This document shows positions 1 to 12,854 of a DNA stretch of 34,746 bases, piece by piece. The position numbers and the translations under genes were made by a program. Location: positions 49,594 through 84,339 of the forward strand of contig JAAOMT010000430.1 of assembly GCA_016748015.1 (NCBI GenBank), given 5' to 3'. The DNA comes from Geosiphon pyriformis uo1. Its lineage: Eukaryota > Fungi > Glomeromycota. Positions within the stretch are counted from its first letter, which is position 1. Each line of letters begins with the position of its first letter. Under the pieces are notes generated by a model. It saw nothing but the letters and a program-made list of their open reading frames with translations, was not told where the DNA came from and searched no databases.

Positions 1-492
1 CGAAAACAAAATTTGGACACCAATTAGTTTTTGCCAAATTTGATCAGTAGGAAAACAATAGAATTTGGTCATACACAAACGCGATCAATGTCTAAGCTTG
101 GATTTGAATAAGAAACATCTGTGAGATTCCCACCGCTATATCTATAATATTATCTGCGAGACACCTGCCAAATTTTATCTGCGACATTAGGGTAGGAAAA
201 CAATAGAAGTTGGCCATACACGAACGCAATCAATGTCTAAGATGGGAGATTTGAATAAAGAACATCTGCGAGACTCTAACCACTATGTCTAAAATATATC
301 CGCGAAAGACACTGCCAATTTTGATCTGCAACGTCAGGGTAAGAAAACAATAGAATTTGGCTATATACAGATGCAATCAATGTCTAAGCTTGGAGATTTG
401 AATAAGAAACACCCGCGAGACTCCAACCACTACGCCTAAAATATTATCTGCGAAAATAAAATTTGGACATTAATTAGTTTCTGCCAATTTTA
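1..492. repeat. Tandem array of diverged ~146-bp units upstream of the Gly-rich secreted gene
   Basis: GTA(G/A)GAAAACAATAGAA.TTGG...ATCAATGTCTAAG...ATTTGAATAA...GAGA.TC...ATC.GCGA starts at 47, 192 and 339 (periods 145 and 147). Bases 1-42 (cgaaaacaaaatttggacaccaattagttt) recur at 451-492, implying a ~450-bp higher-order unit that runs off the left edge. No ORF. Confidence 0.93.
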
Positions 493-564
493 TACAAAAG
501 CGCAAACAGATTTCAATGACCCAAGTGAGTTTGAACCTGCGAATTTTCCGAAAGCAACTTTTCT

Positions 565-572
565 TATAAAAG
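565..572 (+). promoter_or_regulatory. TATA box (TATAAAAG) of the Gly-rich secreted gene
   Basis: Canonical TATAAAAG 111 bp upstream of ATG 676, followed by a pyrimidine-rich tract; A-rich start context (aagaaatcATG). Confidence 0.65.
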
Positions 573-595
573 AGACGCTCATTCTCTCCACCTCA

Positions 596-637
596 ACTCT
601 TCACTCTTCACCCTTCACTCTTCACTCTTCACTCTTG
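596..637 (+). repeat. (ACTCTTC)~6 heptamer CT-rich tract in putative 5' UTR
   Basis: actcttc actcttc acccttc actcttc actcttc actcttg lies between the TATA box and the ATG. Confidence 0.85.
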
Positions 638-675
638 ACTTCTCTAATCTTCAAAATTTTGAAAATAAAGAAATC

Positions 676-981
676 ATGATAAATTACCTCAAAAAACTTA
701 TTGGACTCACTTTGATCCTATCAGTCTGTCTCTTTGTTTTATCTAGCGCGTTACCACAAGACGGCGGTAACGCCTACGCCAATGGCATCGGCGGAGACGG
801 CAACGGCGGCGACGGTGGTAACTACAACGGCAACGGTGGCACGAACAAAGGCAACGGTGGCAAGAACAACGCCAACGGTGGTAAGAACAACGGCAACGGT
901 GGTGATGGCAAGGGCGGCAATGGCACTGGCGGGAAGGCCTACGGCGGCAATGGCGGTGTTAAGTACACCTACTATTGTAAG
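676..981 (+). CDS. Secreted glycine/asparagine-rich repeat protein (3' end lost in gap)
   Basis: Signal peptide MINYLKKLIGLTLILSVCLFVLSSA|LP, then GGNAYANGIGGDGNGGDGGNYNGNGGTNKGNGGKNNANGGKNNGNGGDGKGGNGTGGKAYGGNGGVKYTYYCK. No stops; GC-rich GGC/AAC codons against an AT-rich background. The terminal GTAAG (977-981) could be an intron donor. Confidence 0.85.
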
Positions 982-1780
982 NNNNNNNNNNNNNNNNNNN
1001 NNNNNNNNNNNNNNNNNNNNNNNNNNNNNNNNNNNNNNNNNNNNNNNNNNNNNNNNNNNNNNNNNNNNNNNNNNNNNNNNNNNNNNNNNNNNNNNNNNNN
1101 NNNNNNNNNNNNNNNNNNNNNNNNNNNNNNNNNNNNNNNNNNNNNNNNNNNNNNNNNNNNNNNNNNNNNNNNNNNNNNNNNNNNNNNNNNNNNNNNNNNN
1201 NNNNNNNNNNNNNNNNNNNNNNNNNNNNNNNNNNNNNNNNNNNNNNNNNNNNNNNNNNNNNNNNNNNNNNNNNNNNNNNNNNNNNNNNNNNNNNNNNNNN
1301 NNNNNNNNNNNNNNNNNNNNNNNNNNNNNNNNNNNNNNNNNNNNNNNNNNNNNNNNNNNNNNNNNNNNNNNNNNNNNNNNNNNNNNNNNNNNNNNNNNNN
1401 NNNNNNNNNNNNNNNNNNNNNNNNNNNNNNNNNNNNNNNNNNNNNNNNNNNNNNNNNNNNNNNNNNNNNNNNNNNNNNNNNNNNNNNNNNNNNNNNNNNN
1501 NNNNNNNNNNNNNNNNNNNNNNNNNNNNNNNNNNNNNNNNNNNNNNNNNNNNNNNNNNNNNNNNNNNNNNNNNNNNNNNNNNNNNNNNNNNNNNNNNNNN
1601 NNNNNNNNNNNNNNNNNNNNNNNNNNNNNNNNNNNNNNNNNNNNNNNNNNNNNNNNNNNNNNNNNNNNNNNNNNNNNNNNNNNNNNNNNNNNNNNNNNNN
1701 NNNNNNNNNNNNNNNNNNNNNNNNNNNNNNNNNNNNNNNNNNNNNNNNNNNNNNNNNNNNNNNNNNNNNNNNNNNNNNNN
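982..1780. other. Assembly gap (799 N)
   Basis: Run of N. Confidence 1.
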
Positions 1781-3510
1781 NAATATTTCTTCTTAAATTT
1801 ATATTGTTTTTAATTATTTACTTTTGATTATTTATTAGTGGATTATTTTAATCAATAAAATAAAAGTAATAATCTTTGTAAAATCATCAAAAGTTATTTT
1901 CTTATTTATTATATAACAAATTACATTTTTTTGTTCTAAGAAACAAAAATTTATTTTATGACTTTTCTTAAAAATAATTTAAACAAATTGAAAGTCATTC
2001 TTTATACTTAATTTGCTTTCTGCTTGAATAAAAATTTAATAAACCATTTTGAAAATTTTGAAATTAATTTTTTATTGAAAATTCAGCTGACATTTATACT
2101 GCTTATTTAGTTTACTTTTTAATGAAATCTATTTTGAAAACAACAAATTAATTAATTACTTTATTCGATTAACCAATAACTATTTAATTTTGAATACTTA
2201 AACAATTAAATTTATATATGTATAGCTACTTATTGATTATTCGAATTTTTTTTTAAACCAGAAAACAAAAGCTATTAAACAACTTTTATTTTGACTTTTT
2301 TAAAAAAATCTGATATTTTAAAAACTTTTATATATAAATTTATGATTATTGTAAATAACAATATATTGCGAGTTTTTTAAAACATAAAAGGTATTTCAAC
2401 TAATACAATAATATATTAATTTTATTCTTTAGAATAATTTAGTTAAATGAAATAAGGATTGTTATTGTTAACTAATTAATAAAAATTACAAGCTTTAAAT
2501 TATTGGTAAGTATTTTTAGCTACATAGATTTTCCAAAATACTGTAAATAACATTAAAAATAATTTATTGGGTTTTTATTAATACAAATAAAAATAATGCA
2601 TTCAAGACCTTTATAAAATTATAATTAAGCATGTCAAAAGAATTCAAAAATTAAACTTAAAAAAATTGAATTAAAAAACAAGAAATAATTTATCCTTAAA
2701 AATCTAAAATCAATTTATTATACACTTTTTGGTTTCATTTTGCTTTAACTTTTGCTTTAGCTTTTGTTTTTTAAATAGCTACCAAATTTTTTTCTGTATA
2801 AACATATAATTTAAGTAAACAGATTAACTAATAATTTTGTTTGATTATTGATAATATTTGCCCAAATAGTCTTAAAAAATAAAAAACCTCAAAATAAACT
2901 TTAATAGAAACAATAGTTACAACTCTATTTTAATTATAAACAACGAAATTTCGGTTTTTTAATTTATTATTATTGTTAAATGCTTTTAAAAACAATTCAA
3001 AAAAATAATAGATTTTTAATTTTAACCAATAATTAATGTTTATAATAATAATAATAATATCTTGAAATTGCCCAAATTATATTTGGTCAAATTAATGAAA
3101 TGTGCATTAAAAACAACATAATATATTTGAAAAAAAAAACTATATAATAATTATTAACAATAAAGAATTCAAGAAAGCCAAGACTTTATTAATTTACAAG
3201 TTATATAAATTATATATTTGCTGTAAAAAACAATTTATAGTAATTAGGTACCAATATTAAAATATTATCTCAGAAAGAATATAACAATATTTTTAGCAAT
3301 AAAACAAAATTAATAATAAAAAAATTATTGAATTCAATAATCAATTTTAAAATAAAGTAAAATATGAATAATAGTAACTTTTATATTAAAAACAATTGCC
3401 ATATTAAAAAAAGATTAAAATATTTTATTATTTTCTTAAAAAAATGAAACTTTGATAAAATAAAATTAGGTATTTCTTGTCTAATAACCTCCTTGGGTTA
3501 ATTATAAACC

Positions 3511-3895
3511 ATGTCTTCAAAATCAGCAATTGGAATTTATCTTTATACTGCCTTGCAATTCATTCCAAAGAAATATTCAAATTTTTAACAATAAGCAATT
3601 TCATAGCATCGAAAGAGTTGGAGAAATTGGATTGGAAAGCTATTTAGTGCCAAGTTGATAAGAGGTGGTAATTTGCGATTTGCATTGAAATAGGTAAAAA
3701 AAATCTCTGAAAGTAATATTTCTGATTTGACAAAATTTATTAAAGTATAAAGTATAATATCAGTTTCAAAGTATATTTATCATATAAAAAAACTCTTATT
3801 CAACATTATTTTACAAAAATACAATTTTTAAGAAGCCCAAGCTATCATGAAAATGGTATTTAAATTTTATGGTGTCATAAAACCTTGGGAAAGAT
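3511..3895 (+). pseudogene. Protein kinase N-lobe remnant
   Basis: Fragmentary translation: KQFHSIERVGE..G...SAKLIRGGNLRFALK* (subdomains I-II), GT donor near 3693, then H-E-N..KFYGV.K (subdomain IV-like) near 3845-3880. Frameshifts and stops present. Confidence 0.5.
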
Positions 3896-5599
3896 AGGTT
3901 TAAAGTCAATATATAAAATACATTTTTGAATTTCAATTTTAATATCGAAGAAAGTTTCCGAATTGCGATAGATAGTTGAAATATATACATGCTAAATTTA
4001 AGTTAAAGTAAGCAAATAGGAAGAGTTTAGATAGTATTTTTATAACTTTTATAAATTATTTATTATTTATTATAATGCCATTATATGTTTCTTTTTCTTT
4101 CGCGAATAAGTTTTCAAAAGATTATTCATTTGTTTATTGTAAAATTATTTAAGGATCGAATAATATTTTTGAGAAATAAAATTTTTTTTACAATATTTCT
4201 ATTAATTTTCTCTATAAAATTAAGTTTCATTGACTTACAATTTTCGCTATGTTTAAATTTAGTTTGCAATAATTTTTGCTCATAATTTTATTCTCCCAGC
4301 TCATCATAAATTTTTATTATAACATTCAACTTGCATAGGAATAATTTTAATTAAGCGAATATTAGCATGTTAATTGATAAATTTTATTCACAAGAAATAA
4401 ATTTATAAAAATTATTATATTTTATAGTTTATTGAGCAAAACATTTAATAAATTAATATCGTTTAACGTAAAAATATTATTTATATTATTAGGTTTTAGC
4501 CTCATATTTTAATATTCTCATAATGAAATTAATTACATTCATACATTATTCAAAAAATATTTTTGAGAAAATTATTATTTCATCTCTAACTCAATATGGT
4601 GGTCATAAACCCTTGGAAGGATTCACAATGAGTTGCAAATAGTATCATTGATTTTTATTCCTCTAAAGATATTAATGGCTGAAATAAATAAAAATGTCAA
4701 TTACATTTTTTATTATCTTTTTGCTATTTTTAATGTGAAATAGTAATTAGAGTTTAAGTTCTGATTGGCGATAAAAAAGACCAAAGTTAATTAAAATTAA
4801 CATAATTAAAGGAATTATTCAGATGAATTTATAAATATTAATAATTATTTAAAGTATCATGATTTAATTAATCAATATTATTGAACCAACAAGTAAAATA
4901 TTAAAAATATTCATGTAAAATAAATCTCTTTAAACTATTCTGCAATAATATCTTTATAGATTTTGTTGCTACTTCTTTTCCCTATTCTTAGCCCTTCAAA
5001 TTAGTTTTTTTTTACATTTCATTTTACAATAATGAAATAAACTACCTACAATAATTCTAATTATTTATGCAGTTTTTTTTCAACTTGAAAATTTAAAAAA
5101 TTGTACATTATAAATTTTCAATTAATTCGTGAATCCGACTATTAACTCAATTAATTTCAAGCTAATTAAACTTTATTAAGAATTTCTAAACTTTCAAAAA
5201 CATAATCTATTTTAAAACACAACAATTTTATTGTTAACATAATTTAAAATAAAACAAAATTTCATATTGTATTAATATATTGACTTATTTTGTTTTTATA
5301 AATTTTTAATTTTATTATAATACTATATTTTTTATTAGCACATATCATGTTAATAGAAAAATACTATAATTTAATTTTTCTTCAACAAAATTAGTTTTGA
5401 AAATATGATTTATTTTTTTATTTAAAATAAAAATTTAATTTTAATTCGTAAAAATAAACTATTTTAAATTGAAAGATTTTTAATTTAAAATTATTTAGGA
5501 ACTTTTTTTATTATTGACAAATGAATTGATTTATCAAAAACAACAAAATATAAATATTTGTAAGTCTTAAAATTTTTAAAATCTTATTATTTCATGGAG

Positions 5600-6530
5600 T
5601 AAAAACTGTAATATTCTAATTTTTTTGAATATAAAAATGGATGCATAATATAACAGGGAAATAGTTGTAATTAGTGTATTACATAAAAGAGTTTCTATAA
5701 ATTTAGATAATTGTACAGGAATTTCAGCTAATTGTAGATGAGAATATCTATGAATATTAGCTTTATCTCTAATAAGAACATTTGGATGTAAAATATTCCC
5801 TGCTATTTGCACTCCAACAATTCAAATTGATTTTTATCTAGTTTAAGAACTTTGCAAACATAATACATACTATCATTGATTTGTATGTTCCATCATTTAA
5901 CAAGTTTGCAAATTCAGAATTGAAGATTGTATTAATTTAAATGTCCTCGAAAAAGGATAAAAGTTCTTTTACAATACTTGAAATTTTCTCTTCAAATTCT
6001 TTCCAAGTTCCATTATGATAAGTTTTTGGGGTAATATATTCTGGTAATCATGACAAATAAAATTTGATGCGAATTCTTCATATATTTATTCAAATTTTTT
6101 TGTAAGAATAGGCTTTTTTTTCTGAATTGGTTTCTAATAAAAACATTAATAAAATGGTATGTTCTAAAAAAAACCTAATAAAGTCTTAAAGAGTACCTTT
6201 TTACATTTGTTGGTAATATTTCTATAATTTCTGATTTGCAATTTGTAATTTGACTTGCTAAGAGATTCTTCCAGGCTAATTTTTGAATAGGTATAATATT
6301 TAAGGTGAAATGTAAATGCTGAAAAAAGGGGTGTGGTGTCTTCTAAGCTTTTTTATTCCATTCGTTACGCAAGCGAATTTGTGTTGTAAGATGATTGGCA
6401 CATGGAATACATAAAACATGATTTCACCTGCAATAATAATCAGGAGACAAAACCTGAGACAACTTCGTTCACAATAATCCATCTGATCATATCTAGATCT
6501 TTAAGCGATAATAATAAGAAGTGACATGTT
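5600..6530 (-). pseudogene. Decayed unknown gene with Cys/His (RING-like) motif
   Basis: Minus-strand fragments YYCR*NHVLCIPCANHLTTQIRLRNEW (about 6440-6355) and ORF 5576-5812; locally higher GC; many stops. Confidence 0.25.
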
Positions 6531-7675
6531 CTGCAAATATTTCCCCTTACAATTATTTTATTATTCTTTGTCTGTTACTCTATTTTATTTCACAACGAAA
6601 AATATTTGTTTATGCTATTTATTTCCTTCCATAATCAGGAAACTAATTAAAAAATGAATTAAATCCTCGTTGGCTTAAACGTTCTCCATTCATGGTGAGA
6701 GTCTTTTTGCTATTTTCCATACAAATAAATCAGCTTTTTTACATCAATTTTACCGATTTCGAAAAGATTTATGCTCTTATAAACAATTGGGTGGTGATTT
6801 TAAATTCTAGCCCAATCGAAAAAACAATTTCAATGAAATACTAAAGAATTTCATTTCTGATTACGATTAGTCTGAGAAAAGTTGATTTTTGACATTTATA
6901 ATTTTATTTTGTTCCTCTATTTCCACGCCAGAAATTTTAATTATTAAGAATTTTTCCACCATCAATGAAATGAACAACGGTAACCAGCCCACCCGCCCAA
7001 TAAATTATTCAAAGAACTTGGAGCTTGGATACAGTAATCAAATAATGGTGTTTCAGATAATTGTTCCAGCCTGATCACCTACACAGGTCGGGGTTTCTAT
7101 GTTAAAAATTTGGCACAATAACCACTTTCAAATGTAACACATGAAATTCATAATAATGATGAATCGGGCTTTTAGAATGGGGCAATAGTTTCTCAATTTT
7201 GAATATAAGATTAGCAATTTAAAGAAATATATTCACCAACGAATAAACTAAATTTGCAAGAAATCTTTGAAAGTCTTTAATATCTTTGTTTTAATATACC
7301 GGCGCGAATAAATGCATTATGTGAATTCTTTTTTTCTAAACTTTTCCAATATCAACTCATAAATTTTCATGAAATTTGAAATGTGAGACATATTAATTAT
7401 TTTATTCTCAAGTTACAGAGATAAATTTTTAAGGTTAAATAATTTTTAACATTAAAAATAAGTATCAAAGGATGTTTGAAGTTCAAGCAATATAAATACA
7501 GACTCACTTTATTGAAATAATTAAATAGTTTTTGAATTGTCATTGTCAAAGCTTTTCAAGATTTAAATTTTCAATTGGATTCTGAATAAATTCTCTTATT
7601 GAGACACAAGAGTGCATGTATGCATGCAGCAAAGATCGGTATTTGCACATTATTAAAGTCAAGAAAAAATCAAAA

Positions 7676-7698
7676 AACCAACCAACCAACCAACCAAC
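7676..7698. repeat. (AACC)n microsatellite
   Basis: aaccaaccaaccaaccaaccaac. Confidence 0.85.
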
Positions 7699-9057
7699 AA
7701 CTTGGGGTTTTTGCATTGGACCTATGCTTAAAATTTGAATGAAGCTTATTCACAAAAAAATATTCATAATAATATCCAAGATTAATCATTATAAAACTAT
7801 ATTAGACATTGACAATAATAATCAAAAATGCCAATCTCTTCTAAATTCAGAGATTAATTACACCATTATATGCAATTAAAAATTTTGCTGAAATGTTAAT
7901 TAATGTAGTAGCTCTAAGTATTTAATCCTTTTATTCACGATTTAAGATATTTTTAGCAAACGCTTTTTGCTTAACAATAAAAACTTAAATTAAAAATGTT
8001 TGCTTGTTTTTTTAAGAAGGTGATAAAAAGAATGAAGATGAACTATTTTAAGTAAAGAGCTTTCTTGAATTTTCAAATTCAAAAAAAGTTGAATCGCATT
8101 TCAGAAGTTCACAATACTTTGGGTTTCTTATATTATTTATTTACTGAAATATTCATAAAATTAACTATTTTTAAAAGTCATTGTGACCTTTATTTTTATT
8201 CAAACTTTCAAAATAATCTTTAATTCAATTTCGATTGAAAATTGAAATGAAAATAATCTTCCCAGAGCTTAAAAAATTTGAAATTTGAAAATTAAAAGGA
8301 ACAAAACATATCGAAATTCTGTAAATTAAAAGAAAGTTTCTAATGGTTGAAATATTTTTTTCCACATTCAACACGGCTTTGAACATAAATCCATTTGATA
8401 AGAATTCTGCAACCCGGAAAAAACTGATATTAGAATTGCAGAAAATTTTTTAAAAAAAAAGCTTATGCCAAATTAATAGTCCCATAGGATATATTATTTT
8501 TTATATCAAGAAGAATACTTTGAAAAAAAGAATAAAAGTATTTCATTTCTTTGTAAATGAAATATTGAAATGTGTTATGTTATTTTATGCTAATAGCTCC
8601 AACTTTCTTTAATTTTATATATATCTCAAAAAGAAAGTTCATAAAAATAGAAAGTTTTATTATTTATTCTCATTAAGAATTTTTGATTGTTTTTTTTTAA
8701 CTTGGAAATTAAAGTAACTATGAAGTTTTAAAACACTTAAAAAGTCAATTGTCTTTAACAATTCTGAATTATATTTAACAAATATTTAATCATAAAACTC
8801 AAAAATTTTAACCAGTAGGCCGAAAAATATTGACTTAAAAATATTCTCAACAAATTATCAAATATTATACTCTATATCATATTCATTATAAATAATAAAA
8901 AAGATTTCAAAATTTTATATTTGGCAAGGTAATTTTGAATTTTCAAGAATAAAATATTTCTTTTTTTTTTATTCAATATATTTTTATTTCCAATCAACTT
9001 GGTTTTTTCAGTGTTCCAATATCCGAAAAAGCTAAAAAAAACTTTCTGGGGGTAATA

Positions 9058-10243
9058 CAGTCTGGTAAGAAAAAAATTGGAAATATAAAACAATTACTAT
9101 GTCTTAACTAATGTACCAAATTACATAAAACAACTTTTACTAGAAAGTCAAATACCATATAATTTTATTAAAAAAATAATAAACTATTTGTCTCTAATTC
9201 ACTACGATTTTGAGGCATTCTTTTTTCTACATTCTTTTTAACAATAGCCCAAAGGTTTTCTATTGGGTTTAAGTCGGGACTATTAGATGGCTACCCCAAC
9301 AAATCAGTTGTATTCTCAGCAATAAACTCTTTGGCAAGCTTGCTAGTATGCTTGGGATCATTATCTTGTTGGAAATGCCAATATCCCACAGCATTGCTCT
9401 AATTTCAGATAAGTGGTTACGAAGAATATCTATATAAACTTTAGCATTCATTATTTGAACAAAACAGAATAAACTAGTCTTTCCTTTTTCGTAGAAACCC
9501 CCCTCCCCCCCCCCCCTTACGCGAGAATTTTTGTTCGATCTTTAGACATAGGACGAATTGGTCGAGTAACTTTATGCCAATGTTTTACCGTGTTTTGAAA
9601 AAGTTGAAAAGATGTTTCGTCAGTAAAAATTGTTCTTTTCCAATTGTCGCTAAGGTGTTTTTTGGCCCATTCTACATGTTTTCACTTATGCTCTTCGGTC
9701 AGCATTGGAGTTGCTCTAGGAAGACTTTTTTTATAATTAAGGTTGGATAAATGATTTTGAATAGTAACATGAGAAACATTTATTCCCTTCTTAGCCAACT
9801 TTATTGCTAAATATCTAGACGAAACTGAGGAATCTCTACAAATAATCTGCCCTAATACTTTCGAAGAATTTCCCATAATCTTTCTTGGCCGATCATTACC
9901 ATTCGCATGCTTTATTGTTCCTTTTTTTATGAGTTTTTCGAGGATATTATAGATCGTAGAAAGGGGTATATTCGTTTTATTCTGTATTTCTTTCGCCTTT
10001 TGTATTCCTTGCTTCCAAAAATGTAATACGACTTGCCGTTGCGTTTCTTGCTTTGAAGTCGGCATTTCAAAGACAAGTTTTAAAAAAAATTATTAGTTAA
10101 TACGCGAGAAAATATTTTTAGAGCTCAGCCACTTACCTAATATTCTGTTTCCATTTTTACCGTCACAAAACTTACCAAAAATGGTTAAACCAAACGCAAT
10201 ATTAGTAGATTCATATTTTTCCAATTTTTTTCTTACCAGACTG
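9058..10243 (-). mobile_element. Full-length Tc1-type (IS630-Tc1-mariner) DNA transposon, 1186 bp, with TIRs and TA target-site duplication
   Basis: Perfect 26-bp TIR CAGTCTGGTAAGAAAAAAATTGGAAA at 9058-9083 and its reverse complement at 10218-10243; TA at 9056-57 and 10244-45; internal transposase. Confidence 0.95.
9195..10065 (-). pseudogene. Tc1-family DDE transposase, disrupted
   Basis: HTH N-terminus (MPTSKQETQRQVVLHFW...IPLSTIYNIL), stop after EEHK, then WKRTIFTDETSFQ, FQQDNDPKHTSK and [18 protein letters not shown]. Poly-G expansion and frameshifts. Confidence 0.92.
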
Positions 10244-10449
10244 TATTATCAATATTATCAAGAAAAATGAATATACAGATATTCTTTTAACTAAATGAGA
10301 AATTCATGCTTAATCAAATCAAATCAAATCAAATATCTATTATAATTATTTTTCAACAAGATCATTATTATCAATATAATTTTATCTATTATATTATATT
10401 TTTTGACGAAGCCTTTTGTAAGCTCAATAAATTCTAAAATTTTATTCTA

Positions 10450-10510
10450 TTACTTGACTCTACAGTGCCTTGATTTGGTTCCGTATTCAACCACATGCTC
10501 ACCGATTTAA
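10450..10510 (+). pseudogene. Short fragment of the last exon of the multi-pass membrane family at 23064-24490
   Basis: tacagtgccttgatttggttccgt (YSALIWFR) matches the reverse complement of about 23139-23162 (tatagtgctttgatttggttccgt). Confidence 0.55.
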
Positions 10511-11019
10511 AACCAAAGAAAACAAATAATTTCAAATTTAGTTAATTTTTCTTTTCGAATTTAATTATTTTTATTAAAAGTATTCTCTAAAAAAAAAAAA
10601 TTTTTAATCATATATTATGTTTCCTTCAAATCAAATTGGGAATTATTTATATTAGCATTTAAGAACTTAAAAACCTAATGTTGAAATTAAAACTAGACAT
10701 AAAACAGTTATTACAGAAAGGTTTCAAATGAGTTTTTATGCTCTTAACTTGTAACAAGTGAAATTTCATAATTTTTAATAAATATAAAATTTTACTTTGA
10801 TTTTTTGGGTCTAACATTTTACTTATTAATTTCTAAAAACTCATACTAAAAAATTTATAACGCTGATAAAATAAATAATTTTTAAAAACAAACAACATAA
10901 TATCGGTCAATTAATTGTATAAAAATCAGCGCTGACTTGAATTTATGCAAAATGCTTTTCTCCCTCTCAAGACTGCAGATTGAAATATCAATATTTCAAA
11001 AGCTTCTTATATTTTACTA

Positions 11020-12295
11020 ATGTCACCCCAACAACATTTTTCAAGCTCTATCCAATGATTTCGGGAATTTATTTAACACTCAGAAGTTCTCTGATGTTAA
11101 AATTGTGGTTGGCGAAACACCCAATATCTGAACTTTTCATGCTCATTCACAAATTTTAGATTAAAAAGGAAAATAATACCATTATCTTCCCTAAACCTAA
11201 TATTTCTCCTAACATTTTTGAGATAATTTTCAGGTAAGGGTTTTCATTTGCTTTAAAGTATTTTGGCCAATACAAATTTATATGTTTTATTTTCCTGTAA
11301 AGATATATTTATAATGGCGAGATTTCTCTTGATAAACATGGAGTTCCTACCATTTTAGAAGTGATTTTTACCGCTGACGAGCTTATCCTAGAGAACGTTA
11401 TTGATTACCTTGAAGACTATTTGATTGAACACCATCCAAAAGAGCTAGAAAATAATTTTGCCACTTTGCAAAAAACTTTATTTATGCATGATTCTTTCAA
11501 AAAGTTACAAAATTTCTGCACCGAAATAGCTGCTAACAATCCAGCTATGGTCTTCAATTCCCAAGATTTCACCTTTCTAAGTGAAAATGCTCTTTCCTCA
11601 ATATTAACCCGGGATGATCTAAGTATAGAAGAATCTGAAATATGGCAAAAAATTGTGGAATGTGGAGTTGCTAAATTGGATAACAATATTCAGACAAAAA
11701 ACGTTATTTACTGGACAGATGATAACTTTAACGCCTTTATGGAAATCATTGAAGAATTTCTACCTTTAATCCGGTTCTTTAACATATCTTCAGTTGATTT
11801 CTATCACAAAGTAAAACCATTTGCGAGAATCTTACCTGGAACTTTATATAAAGATCTTTTACATTATTATCTCGTACCGGGTAGTCATCAAAAGTCTGTA
11901 GATGCTAAGCCATTACGATGTTCTCGATCAAATATTGATTCAGAGCTTCTTCAATTGCATAATATAAGATAGCTTGATAATTGGATTCAAGGCAAAAACG
12001 AAAATACTCCTTTTGAAAACGAATGTAGCAATAATTTTGAATTACTACTTCGGGCAGTCGAGACGAATTCACTCCAGCCGATTTTCATCGATTATATGAT
12101 GATAAAGGAGCATAATAAAAGTGAAAGTGACTGGTCAACTAATTGGGATTAAGTGGCAATGATTTTAAAAATAGTCCAGGGTGCTGTTGTAAAATGGAAA
12201 TAATTTATGAGCATGATATAATACCTGGATCAGAAAATTAAGAGGTAGAATTTTTTGTCGAAGAGTATGAGGTTTTTCAAATCATAAAAAGATAA
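11020..12295 (+). pseudogene. BTB/POZ-BACK-TLDc protein pseudogene
   Basis: LSNDFGNLFNTQKFSDVKIVVGETPNI*TFHAHSQIL; GT-AG intron 11234-11302 splitting FEIIFR/YIYNG; ADELILENVIDYLEDYLI; BACK region LSSILTRDDLSIEESEIW...LPLIRFFNIS; TLDc FELLL.GSRDEFTPADFHRLYDDKGA and terminal FVEEYEVFQI. Internal stops, frameshifts and deletions. Confidence 0.9.
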
Positions 12296-12854
12296 ATTTG
12301 CTTTTATTTACATTTTCTGAAGGTTATGTTACCTATCTCAGAAATTTCTAATGACAGAGTATTCTATATGCTACTCTCTTATTACTCCCACCATAAAGTT
12401 AAAAGAATAACATATTATCCATTTTAATTCAAAAATACTTTAGAAATTATAAGTTGAAATAATAAAAATAACCTTTGACATTTAGGTTTTATCACAGACC
12501 AAAACCATAAAAGGCTTTTTAACTGAACAGCATTAGAAATATAACTTTCAAGTGCATATTTGTGTTTCCCCTACCAATTAAAATTTAAATATTATGCGCT
12601 TTTGTATTAAATACTTTAATAAGTTTTCTATAAAAAAATTTGAGAGCTCAAAACAAGTAAAAATTTTCTTCATAATCTCATTTTTGCATTTTTTAAAAAA
12701 TAAAATTTTTTGAATCAAAATTTCACTTATAAAAGTAGTGATCAAAACTAATTTGACAAAAATAATTGCAAAACTATTACCTTTAAATGAATAAAAGCTA
12801 TTAAAAATTCAATTCATTTTAAACTTAAAATAATAATAATTATATTCAAAAATA

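Noticed and set aside
1-492. CRISPR-like array
   Set aside because: Whole units are homologous with no unique spacers; eukaryotic context; no cas genes.
734-1813. Thr/Ala/Val-rich 359-aa ORF resembling a mucin or antifreeze protein
   Set aside because: It is the shifted-frame shadow of the GGC/AAC codons of the Gly-rich gene; non-ATG start, no signal peptide, length inflated by Ns.
982-1827. 383-aa length and hydrophobic tail IFLLKFILFLIIYF (possible GPI/TM anchor)
   Set aside because: The frame cannot be carried across an estimated-size gap; the tail is ordinary AT-rich sequence.
6880-8450. Possible additional gene fragments (secreted or membrane-like pieces)
   Set aside because: Too degraded to assign; only weak resemblance to the membrane family.
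11417-11686. 89-aa minus-strand ORF
   Set aside because: Antisense to the BTB-BACK region.
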